From positions 9,846 to 73,845 of the forward strand of contig CANJXF010000005.1 in assembly GCA_947478865.1 (NCBI GenBank): a stretch of DNA of 64,000 bases, given 5' to 3'. The notes under the pieces are model-generated. The model saw only the letters and a program-made list of their open reading frames with translations. It had not been told where the DNA came from and ran no database searches. Position 1 is the first letter of the stretch; each line of letters starts with the position of its first letter. Position numbers and translations under genes: made by a program. This DNA is from Verrucomicrobiales bacterium. GTDB taxonomy: Bacteria > Verrucomicrobiota > Verrucomicrobiia > Limisphaerales > CANJXF01. Of this stretch, positions 30,662 to 41,462 are shown piece after piece.

Positions 30662-31306
30662 CTACTTTAAATAATCTGACAAGGTTGCCTGCAATTGCTG
30701 ACGCGCATAAAAAAGCCTCGACCGCACCGTGCCCACATTGCAATCCATGATCTTCGCGATCTCATCGTGCGACAGACCTTGGACATCATGTAGCGTCACT
30801 ACCATTCTGTGAGGTTCTGACAGCTTTTGCAGAGCGGCGTTCAATTTCTCTGATAGCTCTGAAATACCCAGATCGCGCCGAGGCGTTTTGTCCGACACCA
30901 GCGCCACCATGTCAGGATCATTTTCGGCGTTAAAATCCATGTCGTTCAAGCTCATGTGAACGCGATTTTTCCGCTGCTTAAGAAAGTTGATCGTTTTGTT
31001 AATCGCGATGCGATAAATCCACGTGTAAAAACTGGAATCACCCTTGAACGATTTGAGCGCGCGATACGCCTTGATGAATGTTTCCTGCGTCAGATCATTC
31101 GCGTCCTCGTGATTCGAGGTCATGTGGTAAATCGTCGCGTAAATCCGTTCCTGATATTTACGAATTAATTGGTCGTAGGCCGCAGCGTCTTCTTGCCTGG
31201 CGCGATTGACCAAAGCAAGGTCTTCAGCGGCGCGAGCCTTGTTCTCAAGCGCTTTATCGGGTGCCGACATAGTAGGAAAACCCGTTATGGGAAGTGCCAT
31301 TTTCAT
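30662..31306 (-). CDS. ECF sigma factor (sigma-24/RpoE-like)
   Basis: Region 2 is AYDQLIRKYQERIYATIYHMTSNHEDANDLTQETFIKAYRAL...FYTWIYRIAINK. Region 4 is MVVTLHDVQGLSHDEIAKIMDCNVGTVRSRLFYARQQL. The start may instead be ATG 31270. Confidence 0.9.
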   Translation of the reverse strand: MKMALPITGFPTMSAPDKALENKARAAEDLALVNRARQEDAAAYDQLIRKYQERIYATIYHMTSNHEDANDLTQETFIKAYRALKSFKGDSSFYTWIYRIAINKTINFLKQRKNRVHMSLNDMDFNAENDPDMVALVSDKTPRRDLGISELSEKLNAALQKLSEPHRMVVTLHDVQGLSHDEIAKIMDCNVGTVRSRLFYARQQLQATLSDYLK

Positions 31307-31314
31307 TGAAAGCT

Positions 31315-32403
31315 TCAGGGTAGAACACCCAAAGCATCGCTTTGTTGTGCCAAATAATCAATCAGGCCGGCCAAGCCATCGCGCCCCTCGGAATCGGGCA
31401 GCATTTGCAGGGTTTGCCGAGCAGCCGCCAGATGCTGATGAATAATCCGCCGAGACTCAGCCAGAGCCCCGTATTTACCCAGTAAACTGACCACGCCCGG
31501 GAAATATTGCGGGAGCCAATTCTTAATCTGTAATTCCAAACTCGCGCGCTCCGAGTCGGCCATTCTTTCCAGCGTGACGAGCAATGGCAACGTTACCTCC
31601 CCGTTGCTTAAATCGCTGCCCATGGTTTTCCCTGAAACGGCTTCCGAACCAAAAACATCGAGGCAATCATCGTAAAGCTGGTAAGCGGTACCCAGGGCCA
31701 AACCGAATTGGCGCAACGCCTCGCGCTGGGCCGGGGCGGCTTGATTCAAGAGGCCGCCCAGCTCACACGAGAGCGCAAAGAGTTCCGCCGTTTTCATCGC
31801 GAGAATCTTGAAATATTCCTGGCGAGAGATTTGGAAGCGCCGCCGGCTTTGCGTCTGCAGGATTTCGCCTGAACATACCGTGTTGGTGGCAGAAGCCACG
31901 GCGCGGCAAATCTCCGGCGTGGGAAAACTGGCCGCCAGTTTCAACGATTGCGCGAAAAGGCAGTCGCCAAGCAGAACCGAAATTTCGTTGCCCCATTTTG
32001 CGGAAAGGGTGGGCCGACCGCGGCGCATTTCCGCTTCGTCGATGATGTCGTCGTGCACCAGGGTGGCCAGATGTACCATTTCGACGATAACCGCAATGGT
32101 CACGTGGTTATCGCTGACTTTCCCAGTGGCCGCGCCGCTCAAAGAAACCAGCAATGGACGCAACTGCTTTCCATTACCGCTGAGGGCGTATTCAGCGTAG
32201 GCCGAGACTTCGGGCTCGAATTCCTCCGCTTGGGTCACCAACCGTTGCGCCACGGCCTTCAAAAAAGGATCGGCGGCCTCCAAAATTTCATTCCACCTGA
32301 TTGAAGATTTTTGGGGCAAGCTCGTTGCAAGGGGAACTGCAACCCATTTGGTTTCAGCGGCCAACATCCTAAAGAATTTAGTTTTAGCGGCGGTCCAAGT
32401 CAA
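31315..32403 (-). CDS. ispB: polyprenyl diphosphate synthase (long-chain, IspB-like)
   Basis: It has the first DDxxD in LVHDDIIDEAEMRRGRPT and the second in YQLYDDCLD. GKQLRPLLV lies upstream. The start is uncertain: 32403 or 32367. Confidence 0.9.
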   Translation of the reverse strand: MTWTAAKTKFFRMLAAETKWVAVPLATSLPQKSSIRWNEILEAADPFLKAVAQRLVTQAEEFEPEVSAYAEYALSGNGKQLRPLLVSLSGAATGKVSDNHVTIAVIVEMVHLATLVHDDIIDEAEMRRGRPTLSAKWGNEISVLLGDCLFAQSLKLAASFPTPEICRAVASATNTVCSGEILQTQSRRRFQISRQEYFKILAMKTAELFALSCELGGLLNQAAPAQREALRQFGLALGTAYQLYDDCLDVFGSEAVSGKTMGSDLSNGEVTLPLLVTLERMADSERASLELQIKNWLPQYFPGVVSLLGKYGALAESRRIIHQHLAAARQTLQMLPDSEGRDGLAGLIDYLAQQSDALGVLP

Positions 32404-32469
32404 ACCTAGTCTGAAAGGGAAAACGAAAATCTCCGGTTTCGGAAATGCAAAACTTGGTTATGTTTCCGC

Positions 32470-34977
32470 GTGTCGTCGCTTGCCGAACAACTGGAAAATC
32501 TGCCCGCCTTCAATCAGGTGCGGATTCCCGACTTGTGGCAGCAGCAGGCCATCACGGCTTTGCGCGAGGGCCAGGATGTCGTCGTGCATGCGCCCACGGG
32601 CGCGGGAAAAACCCTGATTTTCGAACTTTGGTCGAACAAAGGCAAAAATCGCGGCCAGGCGATCTACACCGTTCCAACCCGCGCTCTCGCCAACGACAAA
32701 CTGGCGGAATGGCGCGCGGCCGGTTGGGATGTGGGCATTGCGACGGGTGATCTTTCCGAAAACTTAAGTGCGCCGGTCATTGTCGCCACGCTGGAAACAC
32801 AGAAAAGCCGCTTAATTCAAGGCGATGGCCCCACTTTGCTCGTGGTGGACGAGTATCAGATGATCGGCGATGCCGACCGTGGTCTGAATTACGAACTCGC
32901 CCTCGCGCTGGCCCCGCCCCAAACCCAATTACTCCTGCTCAGCGGCAGCGTTGGCAATCCACAAGACTTGGTCAAATGGCTGGCGCGCCTTGGGCGCAAA
33001 GCGGTGCTGATTCGCCACGAACATCGTCCCGTGCCGCTGGATGAAGTTTATGCGAACAACCTTAATTTCCATGTGCCGGGCGAAATTCGCGGCTACTGGC
33101 CTCGGGTCGTGGCCAAGGCTTTGGCCGAAGATCTGGGGCCCGTTCTAATTTTTTCTCCCCGCCGTCAAGGCGCCGAATCATTGGCTGCGGAGCTCACCCG
33201 CATTCTGCCGACCCCGAATCCGCTCGCGCTGACCCCGGAACAAAAGCTCCTGGTCGGCGAACCGTTGGCAAAAATGTTAAAAAGCCGCATCTCATTCCAT
33301 CACAGCGGACTGAGCTACGCTGCTCGAGCGGGGGTCGTGGAACCACTCGCCAAAGCCGGGCAACTCCGCGTCGTGGTGGCAACGATGGGTTTGGCCGCTG
33401 GGATCAATTTTTCACTGCGCAGCGTCGCTTTGGCGGGCGAATCCTATCGACGCGACCACCAGGAACAGCCGCTTCGTTCCGATGAGATTTTGCAGATGTT
33501 CGGTCGCGCCGGCCGCCGTGGTTTGGATGAAACCGGATTCGTTCTGGTCACCGCAAACCAGATTCGCCTGCTCGACGCCCACGCCTGCCACCTCTCGCGC
33601 GGCGGCTCCGTGGATTGGGGCGCGTTGCTGGGTTTGATGTCTGCGGCGGCAGAGTCGGGGCGCGATCCGTTCGGCGAAGCGGTCCGCGTTCAAGGGCGCT
33701 TATTCACCACCAAACCAATCTTTCTCGGCGTCGAAGAGTCGCTGAAAAATCCCGCTTCTCCATGCGGATTAAAAACGGATGCCGAACGCTCCCGCCACGT
33801 GCACCAGCGCGTCCGCGAAATTCTCAACAGCCGCGGCGAATGGGAAAATTATCCCGCTCCGGTCGAAAAAACGCTCAGTGAAATTCAGGTGCAGATTATT
33901 CCTGAAGCCCAGAACCCCGATACTCCGCCAAAGTTCGAACTTCTCCCGGTATTATCCCATCCAGCCGCTCTGGAAAAGGTCGGCGCCGGTCACCTTGCGG
34001 TTTTGTCCGAGGATAACCAAGGGAAGGTTTATGGCCGCGCCATTACTGTGGCCGATCGGCTCCACGACAACCGAATCATGATCGCAAAGTGGATTCGGCG
34101 GCTCACTAATTGGAGCGGGCGAAACGCCACTGAAGAACTGTGGCAAAAAGAGATTGCTCCACTTGTGGAAAAACGACTCGCGCTGCAACGAACGCCCGTG
34201 GCGCGATTCATATCGGAACCCACCAAAATTATTGCGCTGGTTAGCCTGGCTGAAATGACGATGCGTGTTCCGGTCGATTCGCGTGGAATCGCGCTCTGGC
34301 GTCCGATTGAACGCGATGTTCTTCCGCGGGATTGTGCGCAGTGCGCTCTGGTTCCGATTTGCCGCGAACTTTCGGCCGCGACGGGCGTCGCCTTGCTCTG
34401 GCGCCGCATGGGGCTCGTTGATATCGGCGGGAATCCCTCCCGCCGTGGAGAAATCGTAAGCTTCTTTTCGCAAGGCGATGGGTTGGCGATCGCCGCCGCG
34501 CTGGAAGATGAAAAATACCCGATCAGCGAAATGATTTACGACTTGGCCAATCTGGATGCGGGATTTCGATTCTGTGGCGAAGAAAATCGTTGGGCGGGCC
34601 GGCTGGCCATCGCTTGCAATCGCACCTACGGCACGCAATCGATTCCGGGGTATCTGGAGAACGGCGTTCCGCCCAAGTATGGATCCGGCGCAGAGCAAGT
34701 CGTCGCTGGCGTCCATAAGAACCCCATGAGCAAACACGCCTGGGTCACGGATTTATTGGGCGCGGGAGATATCGATCGGATCATCATCGAATGGCGAAGC
34801 ATGATGCGCCAAATTGCGCACGCTCCGGACCTCGAATGGCCGCGCTGGCGTGAGTTGCAGGTTGCGGCAAAAGCGATTTTGCAGGAGACGGAATCCCCCA
34901 CGATGACCGACCTGCCCCCGTTGGAATACCACCAGACCAAGCGCATCGATCACCGGTTGATTTTGCGTCGTCATTGA
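32470..34977 (+). CDS. Ski2/HelY-like superfamily 2 DEAD/DEAH-box helicase
   Basis: It uses a GTG start. Motif I is HAPTGAGKT, motif II is VVDEYQ, and motif III is SGS. The blocks FHHSGL and ATMGLAAGINF are present, and motif VI is QMFGRAGRRG. The C-terminal region has a DSHCT-like segment (LLWRRMGLVDIGGNPSRRGEIVSFF). Confidence 0.85.
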   Translation: MSSLAEQLENLPAFNQVRIPDLWQQQAITALREGQDVVVHAPTGAGKTLIFELWSNKGKNRGQAIYTVPTRALANDKLAEWRAAGWDVGIATGDLSENLSAPVIVATLETQKSRLIQGDGPTLLVVDEYQMIGDADRGLNYELALALAPPQTQLLLLSGSVGNPQDLVKWLARLGRKAVLIRHEHRPVPLDEVYANNLNFHVPGEIRGYWPRVVAKALAEDLGPVLIFSPRRQGAESLAAELTRILPTPNPLALTPEQKLLVGEPLAKMLKSRISFHHSGLSYAARAGVVEPLAKAGQLRVVVATMGLAAGINFSLRSVALAGESYRRDHQEQPLRSDEILQMFGRAGRRGLDETGFVLVTANQIRLLDAHACHLSRGGSVDWGALLGLMSAAAESGRDPFGEAVRVQGRLFTTKPIFLGVEESLKNPASPCGLKTDAERSRHVHQRVREILNSRGEWENYPAPVEKTLSEIQVQIIPEAQNPDTPPKFELLPVLSHPAALEKVGAGHLAVLSEDNQGKVYGRAITVADRLHDNRIMIAKWIRRLTNWSGRNATEELWQKEIAPLVEKRLALQRTPVARFISEPTKIIALVSLAEMTMRVPVDSRGIALWRPIERDVLPRDCAQCALVPICRELSAATGVALLWRRMGLVDIGGNPSRRGEIVSFFSQGDGLAIAAALEDEKYPISEMIYDLANLDAGFRFCGEENRWAGRLAIACNRTYGTQSIPGYLENGVPPKYGSGAEQVVAGVHKNPMSKHAWVTDLLGAGDIDRIIIEWRSMMRQIAHAPDLEWPRWRELQVAAKAILQETESPTMTDLPPLEYHQTKRIDHRLILRRH

Positions 34978-35128
34978 GCAAAAGGCTGAGGGGCAGATCC
35001 AGAAATAGCCTTTCGGAAATTTCCACTACGAACGGTTAAGGGATTCCCTTGCTCGAAAAACGGATTCCAGCCTGATTGTGACCGCCTGGTCCCTGCCTCT
35101 TAATGGCCTCACGCAGAGGACAGATATT

Positions 35129-35419
35129 ATGAGGACTGGAGCCAAAACTTTTCAAATGCCGACCAACGACGAAATTGCAGTTTACGCATATCATTTATGG
35201 GAATCCGAAGGCCGGATTGGCGGCCGGGAATTGGATTATTGGTTGCAGGCCAAGGCGCTCCTGATCGCCCAGCGCGAATACGAGGCCGGCCTTTTGCAAA
35301 CGACGCCTCGTCCCATCAGCTCCGCCCAAAAAGCTCCTGCTCTGTTAACGAATGGGGCAGCGCCGAAAATCACCCGAAAACGGGCAGCGCGGGCTGGACC
35401 TGACTCGATTTACGCCTGA
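35129..35419 (+). CDS. DUF2934-like small protein
   Basis: This is ORF 35078..35419. The core IAVYAYHLWESEGRIGGRELDYWLQAKALL matches the DUF2934 signature. GAGGA lies 8 nt upstream of ATG 35129, and ATG 35156 is also possible. Confidence 0.6.
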   Translation: MRTGAKTFQMPTNDEIAVYAYHLWESEGRIGGRELDYWLQAKALLIAQREYEAGLLQTTPRPISSAQKAPALLTNGAAPKITRKRAARAGPDSIYA

Positions 35420-35436
35420 GTTCACAATGTAGTCCG

Positions 35437-35500
35437 CTCCACCGATTGCCGGAGAAATATTAAATAAGTAACCCTGGACCAATCGGTGGAGTTTTTCTTT
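35437..35500 (+). terminator. long-loop intrinsic terminator after the DUF2934 gene
   Basis: Perfect 12-bp arms, ctccaccgattg (35437-48) and caatcggtggag (35480-91), are followed by tttttctttt. Confidence 0.55.
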
Positions 35501-35621
35501 TCTGCGGCTCCCGTGGAATTTGGCCGTCCGCCCTTTCCTTTGCGTTATTTCCCTTTCATCCGCGGCACCCGCTAAGTTTCTTGACGAGGGTGCCGACCGT
35601 TTAGTTAGTTGGGAGCCGCCC

Positions 35622-37049
35622 ATGAATCCTAAACTCCTTCCTCTGCTCGCGTTTATTTCCGTGACGTTTTTCACCCAGGCCGCTGATCAAAAATCTCAGC
35701 GACCCAATATCGTGTTCATCATGGCTGACGATCATGCGGCGCACGCGATCAGCGCCTACGGCAGCAAAGTTAATAAAACGCCCAACATCGATCGCATCGG
35801 GAAAGAAGGCATGCGCTTCAGCAATTGTTTCGTGGTGAACTCAATTTGCACTCCGAGCCGCGCAGCTATTCTTACCGGCAAATATAGTCACATCAACGGC
35901 GTTCCAGTCTTCAATCGCTTCGATGGCAGCCAATGGACCGTCGCCAAAGATTTGCAAAAGGCGGGTTACCACACCGGCATGATCGGCAAATGGCATTTGC
36001 AGAGCGACCCGACCGGCTTTGATTATTGGAACATTCTTCCCGGCCAAGGAAAATATCACGACCCCTCGTTCATCGAGATGGGCAAGACGAACAAATTTCC
36101 GGGTGGATACGCGACCGATTTGATCGCTGATTTCGCCATCAACTTCATGGAAAAACGCCCGAAGGACCAGCCGTTCTTTCTCATGTGCCACCACAAAGCG
36201 CCGCATCGCGGCTGGGAACCGGATGCCAAACATGCCAGGCAATTTGAAAACGCGGAAATCCCCGAACCCGCCACGTTCAATGACGATTACAAAAATCGCG
36301 CGGCAGCAGCCACCGAGGCCACCATGCGCATTGATCGCGACCTGACGCCGAACGATGTTAAATTCACGCCTCCACCCGGACTCTCGCCCGCTGAACTCAA
36401 GCACTGGAAATATGAGCGCTACATGCGCGATTACCTCGCATGCATCGCGTCGGTCGATGACAACGTCGGCCGCGTGCTGGACTACTTGGAGAAAAATGAC
36501 CTGAGCAAAAACACCATTGTCATCTACACGTCGGACCAGGGATTTTTCCTCGGCGACCATAACTGGTTCGATAAGCGGTTTATGTACGAAGAGTCGTTGC
36601 GCATGCCGTTCCTGATTCGCTATCCGGAAAAAATTAAGGCCGGCAAGGTCAACGACGCGATGATTCTCAATGTCGATTTCGCTCCGACTTTTCTCGAATA
36701 CGCCGGCCTCACGGCGCCCAAGGAAGTCCAGGGTCGCAGCATCGCCCCCCTGCTGCGCGGCGAGAAGCCGAAGGACTGGCGCACCTCCATGTATTATCGT
36801 TACTACCATTATCCCGCCGATCACCGGGTCCAACCGCATTACGGCGTGCGCAACGAGCGTTACAAATTGATTTTCTACAACCGCATCAACGAGTGGGAAT
36901 TGTTCGATCTCCAGAAAGATCCGCATGAATTGAAAAGCGTTTATGCCGATCCTAAATATGCCTCTGTGCAGAAGAAAATGTTAGCCGAGCTAAACCGCCT
37001 TCGCGCCGACCTCAACGACAAGGATCAATTCGCCGACATCCAGAAATAA
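35622..37049 (+). CDS. secreted formylglycine-dependent sulfatase
   Basis: This is ORF 35520..37049, with the likely start at ATG 35622 (signal MNPKLLPLLAFISVTFFTQAA). It contains PNIVFIMADDH, the CxPxR box CTPSRAAILTGKY and GKWHL. GGGAG precedes the start. Confidence 0.9.
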   Translation: MNPKLLPLLAFISVTFFTQAADQKSQRPNIVFIMADDHAAHAISAYGSKVNKTPNIDRIGKEGMRFSNCFVVNSICTPSRAAILTGKYSHINGVPVFNRFDGSQWTVAKDLQKAGYHTGMIGKWHLQSDPTGFDYWNILPGQGKYHDPSFIEMGKTNKFPGGYATDLIADFAINFMEKRPKDQPFFLMCHHKAPHRGWEPDAKHARQFENAEIPEPATFNDDYKNRAAAATEATMRIDRDLTPNDVKFTPPPGLSPAELKHWKYERYMRDYLACIASVDDNVGRVLDYLEKNDLSKNTIVIYTSDQGFFLGDHNWFDKRFMYEESLRMPFLIRYPEKIKAGKVNDAMILNVDFAPTFLEYAGLTAPKEVQGRSIAPLLRGEKPKDWRTSMYYRYYHYPADHRVQPHYGVRNERYKLIFYNRINEWELFDLQKDPHELKSVYADPKYASVQKKMLAELNRLRADLNDKDQFADIQK

Positions 37050-37129
37050 TTCAATTATTTCATACGCACAGAAGCGAATTGCGTTTGGTCCGAGATCCTC
37101 GTGCGGTCGTCACAGAAATAATTCCCGGC

Positions 37130-38467
37130 CTAACTTCTCTTCCCATACGGCAGTTTCCACGGCTTGCGATATTCCACGCCGACCAGATGGTCGGCTTTTT
37201 TGTTGCCGATGATGCGTTCGTTCTTGGCGTCCCAATCAATTTTGCTTTTGGTGCGCAGCGAGATATTTCCGAGATGCGCCACGCTGGATACGAAATGGCC
37301 GACCTCCAGATTTTCATTCGGCTGCTGGCGGGTTTTCATGCAATCGAGAAAATTGCGCACGTGCGGAAAACGTTCGTCGGGGCCGTTGCCGAATTTCTGC
37401 GGCTCGAAGGTTTTCTTCTTCCGTTCTGGTATGACCTCCCAACCTCCGTCGTGAATGATCAGCGTGCCGTCGCTGCCGGTGAATGAAATTCCCCACGGAT
37501 GATCATTGAGACCATTGTTGATGCCGACTTTGTGTTCCCAAATCATGGTGTAGGTCGGGAATTCGTAAATCGCGGCCTGGGTGTCCGGCGTTTCGGAATT
37601 GTCGTTGAGCACAAATTTTCCGCCGCTGGAATAAATGGATTTTGGCGGGGTCGGCCCCATCGCCCACATCATGATGTTGATCAGATGCACGCCCCAATCG
37701 GTCATGAGTCCGCCGGCGTAATCCCAGAACCAACGGAAATTAAAATGAAACCGGTTCGGGTTGAACGGGCGTTTGGGCGCGGGGCCGAGCCACAGGTCGT
37801 AATCCACTCCCGCCGGAACCGGCGCGTCGGCCGGATTGCCAATGTTGCCGAGCCAATCCAGATAAACCCAGCCCCGAACCAAGCCGATTTTTCCCAGCTT
37901 GCCGGACTGGACGTAGTTGACGGCGGCCTTCCACTTTTCGCCGCTGCGCCACTGCGTTCCCATTTGCACGACGCGCTGATGCTTTTGCGACGCGGTCAGC
38001 ATCGCGCGCCCCTCGTCTATGGAAGTTGCGAGCGGTTTCTCCACGTAAACGTCTTTGCCGGATTGACAGGCGTAAATGGTCGGCAGCGCGTGCCAGTGAT
38101 CCGGCGTGGCGACGAGCACGCAGTCGAGGTCTTTGCGTTCGATCACGCGGCGAAAGTCTTTGGTGGTATCGGGGTTTTTGCCACGCTGCTTTTCCACAAT
38201 TGCAGCTCCTTGCGAACTCATTTTGTCGTCCACGTCGCAGACAATGGGACATTCAATTTCTGGATTGCTCAGAAAGACGCCGAGCACATCGCGCCCGCGT
38301 CCTCCGGAACCGATCAGGCCAATCCGGATCTTATCATTGGCGCCGACGGCGGCTCGGGCATTGCTCGACGACAAAATTAATCCGCCGAACGCGGGCACCG
38401 TTGCGGCTGCGATCGCAGATTTTTCCAAAAAGCGGCGACGGGAGATTGGAGGCAATGGAGAGTTCAT
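37130..38467 (-). CDS. Tat-exported Gfo/Idh/MocA family oxidoreductase
   Basis: This is ORF 37130..38539, with the likely start at ATG 38467. It has the Tat motif SRRRFLEKSAIAAATVPAF and the Rossmann motif IRIGLIGSGGRG, followed by EKPLA. Confidence 0.85.
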   Translation of the reverse strand: MNSPLPPISRRRFLEKSAIAAATVPAFGGLILSSSNARAAVGANDKIRIGLIGSGGRGRDVLGVFLSNPEIECPIVCDVDDKMSSQGAAIVEKQRGKNPDTTKDFRRVIERKDLDCVLVATPDHWHALPTIYACQSGKDVYVEKPLATSIDEGRAMLTASQKHQRVVQMGTQWRSGEKWKAAVNYVQSGKLGKIGLVRGWVYLDWLGNIGNPADAPVPAGVDYDLWLGPAPKRPFNPNRFHFNFRWFWDYAGGLMTDWGVHLINIMMWAMGPTPPKSIYSSGGKFVLNDNSETPDTQAAIYEFPTYTMIWEHKVGINNGLNDHPWGISFTGSDGTLIIHDGGWEVIPERKKKTFEPQKFGNGPDERFPHVRNFLDCMKTRQQPNENLEVGHFVSSVAHLGNISLRTKSKIDWDAKNERIIGNKKADHLVGVEYRKPWKLPYGKRS

Positions 38468-38619
38468 GGGAGAGTTATTTGCAAAATCGGCCCGCCTGTC
38501 GAGAATTCTTCGAAACCCCGTGATCTGGAATGGGGTCAATGATCCTCATTTAGCCCGTGTTTTAATTCGTCTCTTGACACTGCCCGCGCAAAACTGATTG
38601 CATTTGCCCACGAAAACCC

Positions 38620-39744
38620 ATGAGTGACCGTAAGCTAAATATCGCCATTGTCGGGTTAGGATTCGGGGCCGAATTCATACCGATCTACCAGCGCCATCCG
38701 TCGGCGAGACCTTACGCCATCTGCCAGAGAACCCAGAAAAAACTCGATGCGATCGGCGACGCATTCGGCATCGAAAAGCGCTACACGGATTTCAACGAAC
38801 TGCTCAAAGACCCGAACGTGGATGCGGTTCACATCAATTCACCGATTCCTGATCACGCCTGGCAAACCATCGCGGCGTTGAAAGCCGGAAAGCACGTCGC
38901 CTGCACGGTTCCGATGGCGACTTCCATTGAGGACTGCAAGAAGATCGTCGATCTCGTCAAGAAAACTGGCCTGACCTACATGATGATGGAAACCGTCGTG
39001 TATGCGCGGGAATATCTTTTCATGAAGGAACTGCTCGACGCGGGCAAGCTGGGCAAACTTCAATTCGTCCAGGCGAGTCATCAGCAGGACATGGACGGCT
39101 GGCCTAATTATTGGCCCGGCCTTCCGCCCATGTGGTATGCGACCCATTGCGTTGGACCCGTGGCGGGTTTGATCGGCAAACCGGCGGAATACGTTTCGTG
39201 TTTTGGTTCTGGAACGATTCGCAAAGAGCTCGTCGCGAAATACAAATCCCCTTTTGCAGTTGAGACGGCGCACATCAAATTCAAAGACACGGACGTCAAC
39301 GCCCGCATTATTCGAAGCCTTTTCGACACCGCCCGGCAATATCGCGAGAGCATCGACGTTTACGGCGACAAAGCCTCCGTGGAATGGCCGCTCGTTGAAC
39401 ACGAGCCGCTCGTGATGCACACCGCAAAACTGCCGGAGAATAAGATTCCGAAGCCGGTCAAAGCGCCGGATTACGCCAACCGCTTGCCCAAAGCCATCCA
39501 GCCGTTCACCACGAAAGGCGTTTACGATCTCGGCAAGAAGACGCATCTCAGCTTCACCCAGGGTGCCGGCCACGGCGGATCGCATCCGCATCTCGCCCAC
39601 GAATTCGTCATGTCCCTCGTCGAAAAACGCCAGCCGTTCCCCAACGCAAAGCAATCCGCCAACTGGACCTGCGTCGGTTTGTGCGCGCATCAATCGGCGC
39701 TCAAAGGCGGGGCGATTGTCAAACTGCCCAGTTTCACCCTGTAA
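38620..39744 (+). CDS. cytoplasmic Gfo/Idh/MocA family oxidoreductase
   Basis: It has LNIAIVGLGFGAEF (Rossmann), DAVHINSPIPDHA and VACTVPMA. No signal peptide is present. Confidence 0.85.
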   Translation: MSDRKLNIAIVGLGFGAEFIPIYQRHPSARPYAICQRTQKKLDAIGDAFGIEKRYTDFNELLKDPNVDAVHINSPIPDHAWQTIAALKAGKHVACTVPMATSIEDCKKIVDLVKKTGLTYMMMETVVYAREYLFMKELLDAGKLGKLQFVQASHQQDMDGWPNYWPGLPPMWYATHCVGPVAGLIGKPAEYVSCFGSGTIRKELVAKYKSPFAVETAHIKFKDTDVNARIIRSLFDTARQYRESIDVYGDKASVEWPLVEHEPLVMHTAKLPENKIPKPVKAPDYANRLPKAIQPFTTKGVYDLGKKTHLSFTQGAGHGGSHPHLAHEFVMSLVEKRQPFPNAKQSANWTCVGLCAHQSALKGGAIVKLPSFTL

Positions 39745-39773
39745 TTTCCTGAACTAATCCAATCCAAAAAAAT

Positions 39774-41396
39774 ATGACTAAAGTTGATAACACACCGATT
39801 GCTCCAAATGCCTACCGGCTTTTATGGGCTGGCTTCATGGCGATTCTCGCTGCAGGCGTTGGCTTCGCCATCCGCGGCGGAATTTTTGATAACTGGGGAA
39901 AGGAATACGGCTTTACCGGCGCACAACTCGGCGCAATTGGCGGCGCAGGATTTAATGGTTTCTGTTTCGGAATTATCATCGGCGGTGTGATCGTGGACAA
40001 AATCGGTTACGGCAAATTGGTTGTCGCCGCCTTCGTCCTGCACATCCTCTCCGCGTTCGTGACCTTCGCAGCCACGCCTGCGAATGCTTACAACATGCTT
40101 TATGCGGGGATGTTCATCTTCGCTCTGGCAAATGGAACCCTCGAAGCCGTGGCAAATCCTCTCGTCGCCACCGTGTTTCCAAATAACCGCACTCACTTCC
40201 TGAACATCCTCCACGCGAGCTGGCCGGCCGGTTTGGTCCTCGGCTCCGTGATCGGCTGGGTGCTCGACGACAAGATGAACGTGCCTTGGAAAATCCAATT
40301 AGCTCTCTATCTCCTCCCCACACTCGTTTACGGCATCATGTTCATGGGCCAAAAATTCCCTAAATCGGAAGCGTCCGAAAAAGGCATGAGCGTCGGCGAA
40401 ATGTTCAAGGATGTCGGAATTCTCGGAGCGCTGGTCGCCTGCGCGCTGGTCGCTTTGTTCTGCGGCGCTTTCTTCCAACTGTTCGGCGTCGGGGCCGATT
40501 CAGCCAAGACCATCGGTTACGTGGTCGGTGGCGCACTTGTCATCGTGGTCGGCATCATGACGAAGTTTTCGATGGGTTCGATTTTGTTGTTCGTCCTGTT
40601 CGTGACCCACATGTTGATCGGCGCGGTGGAACTCGGCACGGATGGCTGGATTCAAAACATCACCGGCAATTTGTTCAGCTCTGAGCAAGGGAAGTATTTG
40701 TTCATGTGGACCTCGGCGATCATGTTCGGATTACGCTTCTGCGCGAACTTCATTGAGAAGAGCCTTAAAATCTCTCCCATCGGTTTGCTGGTAATCTGCT
40801 CGATCCTCGCTTGTATCGGCTTGAATCTGGCCAGCGGCATGACGTCCTTCGGTCTCGCTCTGATTGCCCTTGGCATTTACGCGGTTGGTAAAACCTTCTT
40901 CTGGCCCACCATGCTCGCTGTGGCTTCCGATCGTTTTCCGCGCACCGGCGCAATCGCGATCAGCATCATGGGCGGCATCGGCATGCTCTCAGCGGGCATG
41001 ATTGGCGGCCCTGGACTCGGTTATGCCAAGGACCGTTTTGCTGGTGAAGAATTGAAGAAGGCCAGCCCCGAAGTCTTCGCGGAATACAAAGCCGAAAAGC
41101 CCAGCCAATTCCTAAACCTCGACTTTACCGATGCCTACGGCCTCGACGGCAAGAAACTGGCCGCAGCTAAAGAAGCTGGCGAAAAAGGTAGCGAAAAACA
41201 GAAAATGGTTGTGGCCGCAGATCAAAAAGGAGATCGCCACACCTTGAAGGCGGACGCATTTATTCCTCTGACGATGGCTGGGATATATCTTTTAATCCTG
41301 CTCTATTTCAAATCGATCGGTGGCTACAAAACGGTGCATTTGGCCGGAACGAAGGCCGCTGCTGCCGGAGCGGATACGGAAAAAGTAACCGTTTGA
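39774..41396 (+). CDS. MFS transporter (sugar-type) with a C-terminal extension
   Basis: It has about 12 TM helices with glycine-rich MFS-type loops ([17 protein letters not shown]) and an additional about 110-aa hydrophilic insert before a final TM. Confidence 0.8.
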   Translation: MTKVDNTPIAPNAYRLLWAGFMAILAAGVGFAIRGGIFDNWGKEYGFTGAQLGAIGGAGFNGFCFGIIIGGVIVDKIGYGKLVVAAFVLHILSAFVTFAATPANAYNMLYAGMFIFALANGTLEAVANPLVATVFPNNRTHFLNILHASWPAGLVLGSVIGWVLDDKMNVPWKIQLALYLLPTLVYGIMFMGQKFPKSEASEKGMSVGEMFKDVGILGALVACALVALFCGAFFQLFGVGADSAKTIGYVVGGALVIVVGIMTKFSMGSILLFVLFVTHMLIGAVELGTDGWIQNITGNLFSSEQGKYLFMWTSAIMFGLRFCANFIEKSLKISPIGLLVICSILACIGLNLASGMTSFGLALIALGIYAVGKTFFWPTMLAVASDRFPRTGAIAISIMGGIGMLSAGMIGGPGLGYAKDRFAGEELKKASPEVFAEYKAEKPSQFLNLDFTDAYGLDGKKLAAAKEAGEKGSEKQKMVVAADQKGDRHTLKADAFIPLTMAGIYLLILLYFKSIGGYKTVHLAGTKAAAAGADTEKVTV

Positions 41397-41404
41397 TCTA
41401 ATCT

Positions 41405-41444
41405 AAAAACCAAAGGCGGCCTTCGGGCCGCCTTTTTTGTTTTC
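41405..41444. terminator. bidirectional intrinsic terminator between the MFS gene and purM
   Basis: The stem aaaggcggcc / ggccgccttt carries the loop ttcg. A- and T-tracts flank it on both sides (ctaaaaaccaaaggcggccttcgggccgccttttttgtttt). Confidence 0.8.
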
Positions 41445-41462
41445 GTCGTGGCTGGAGTGGAA

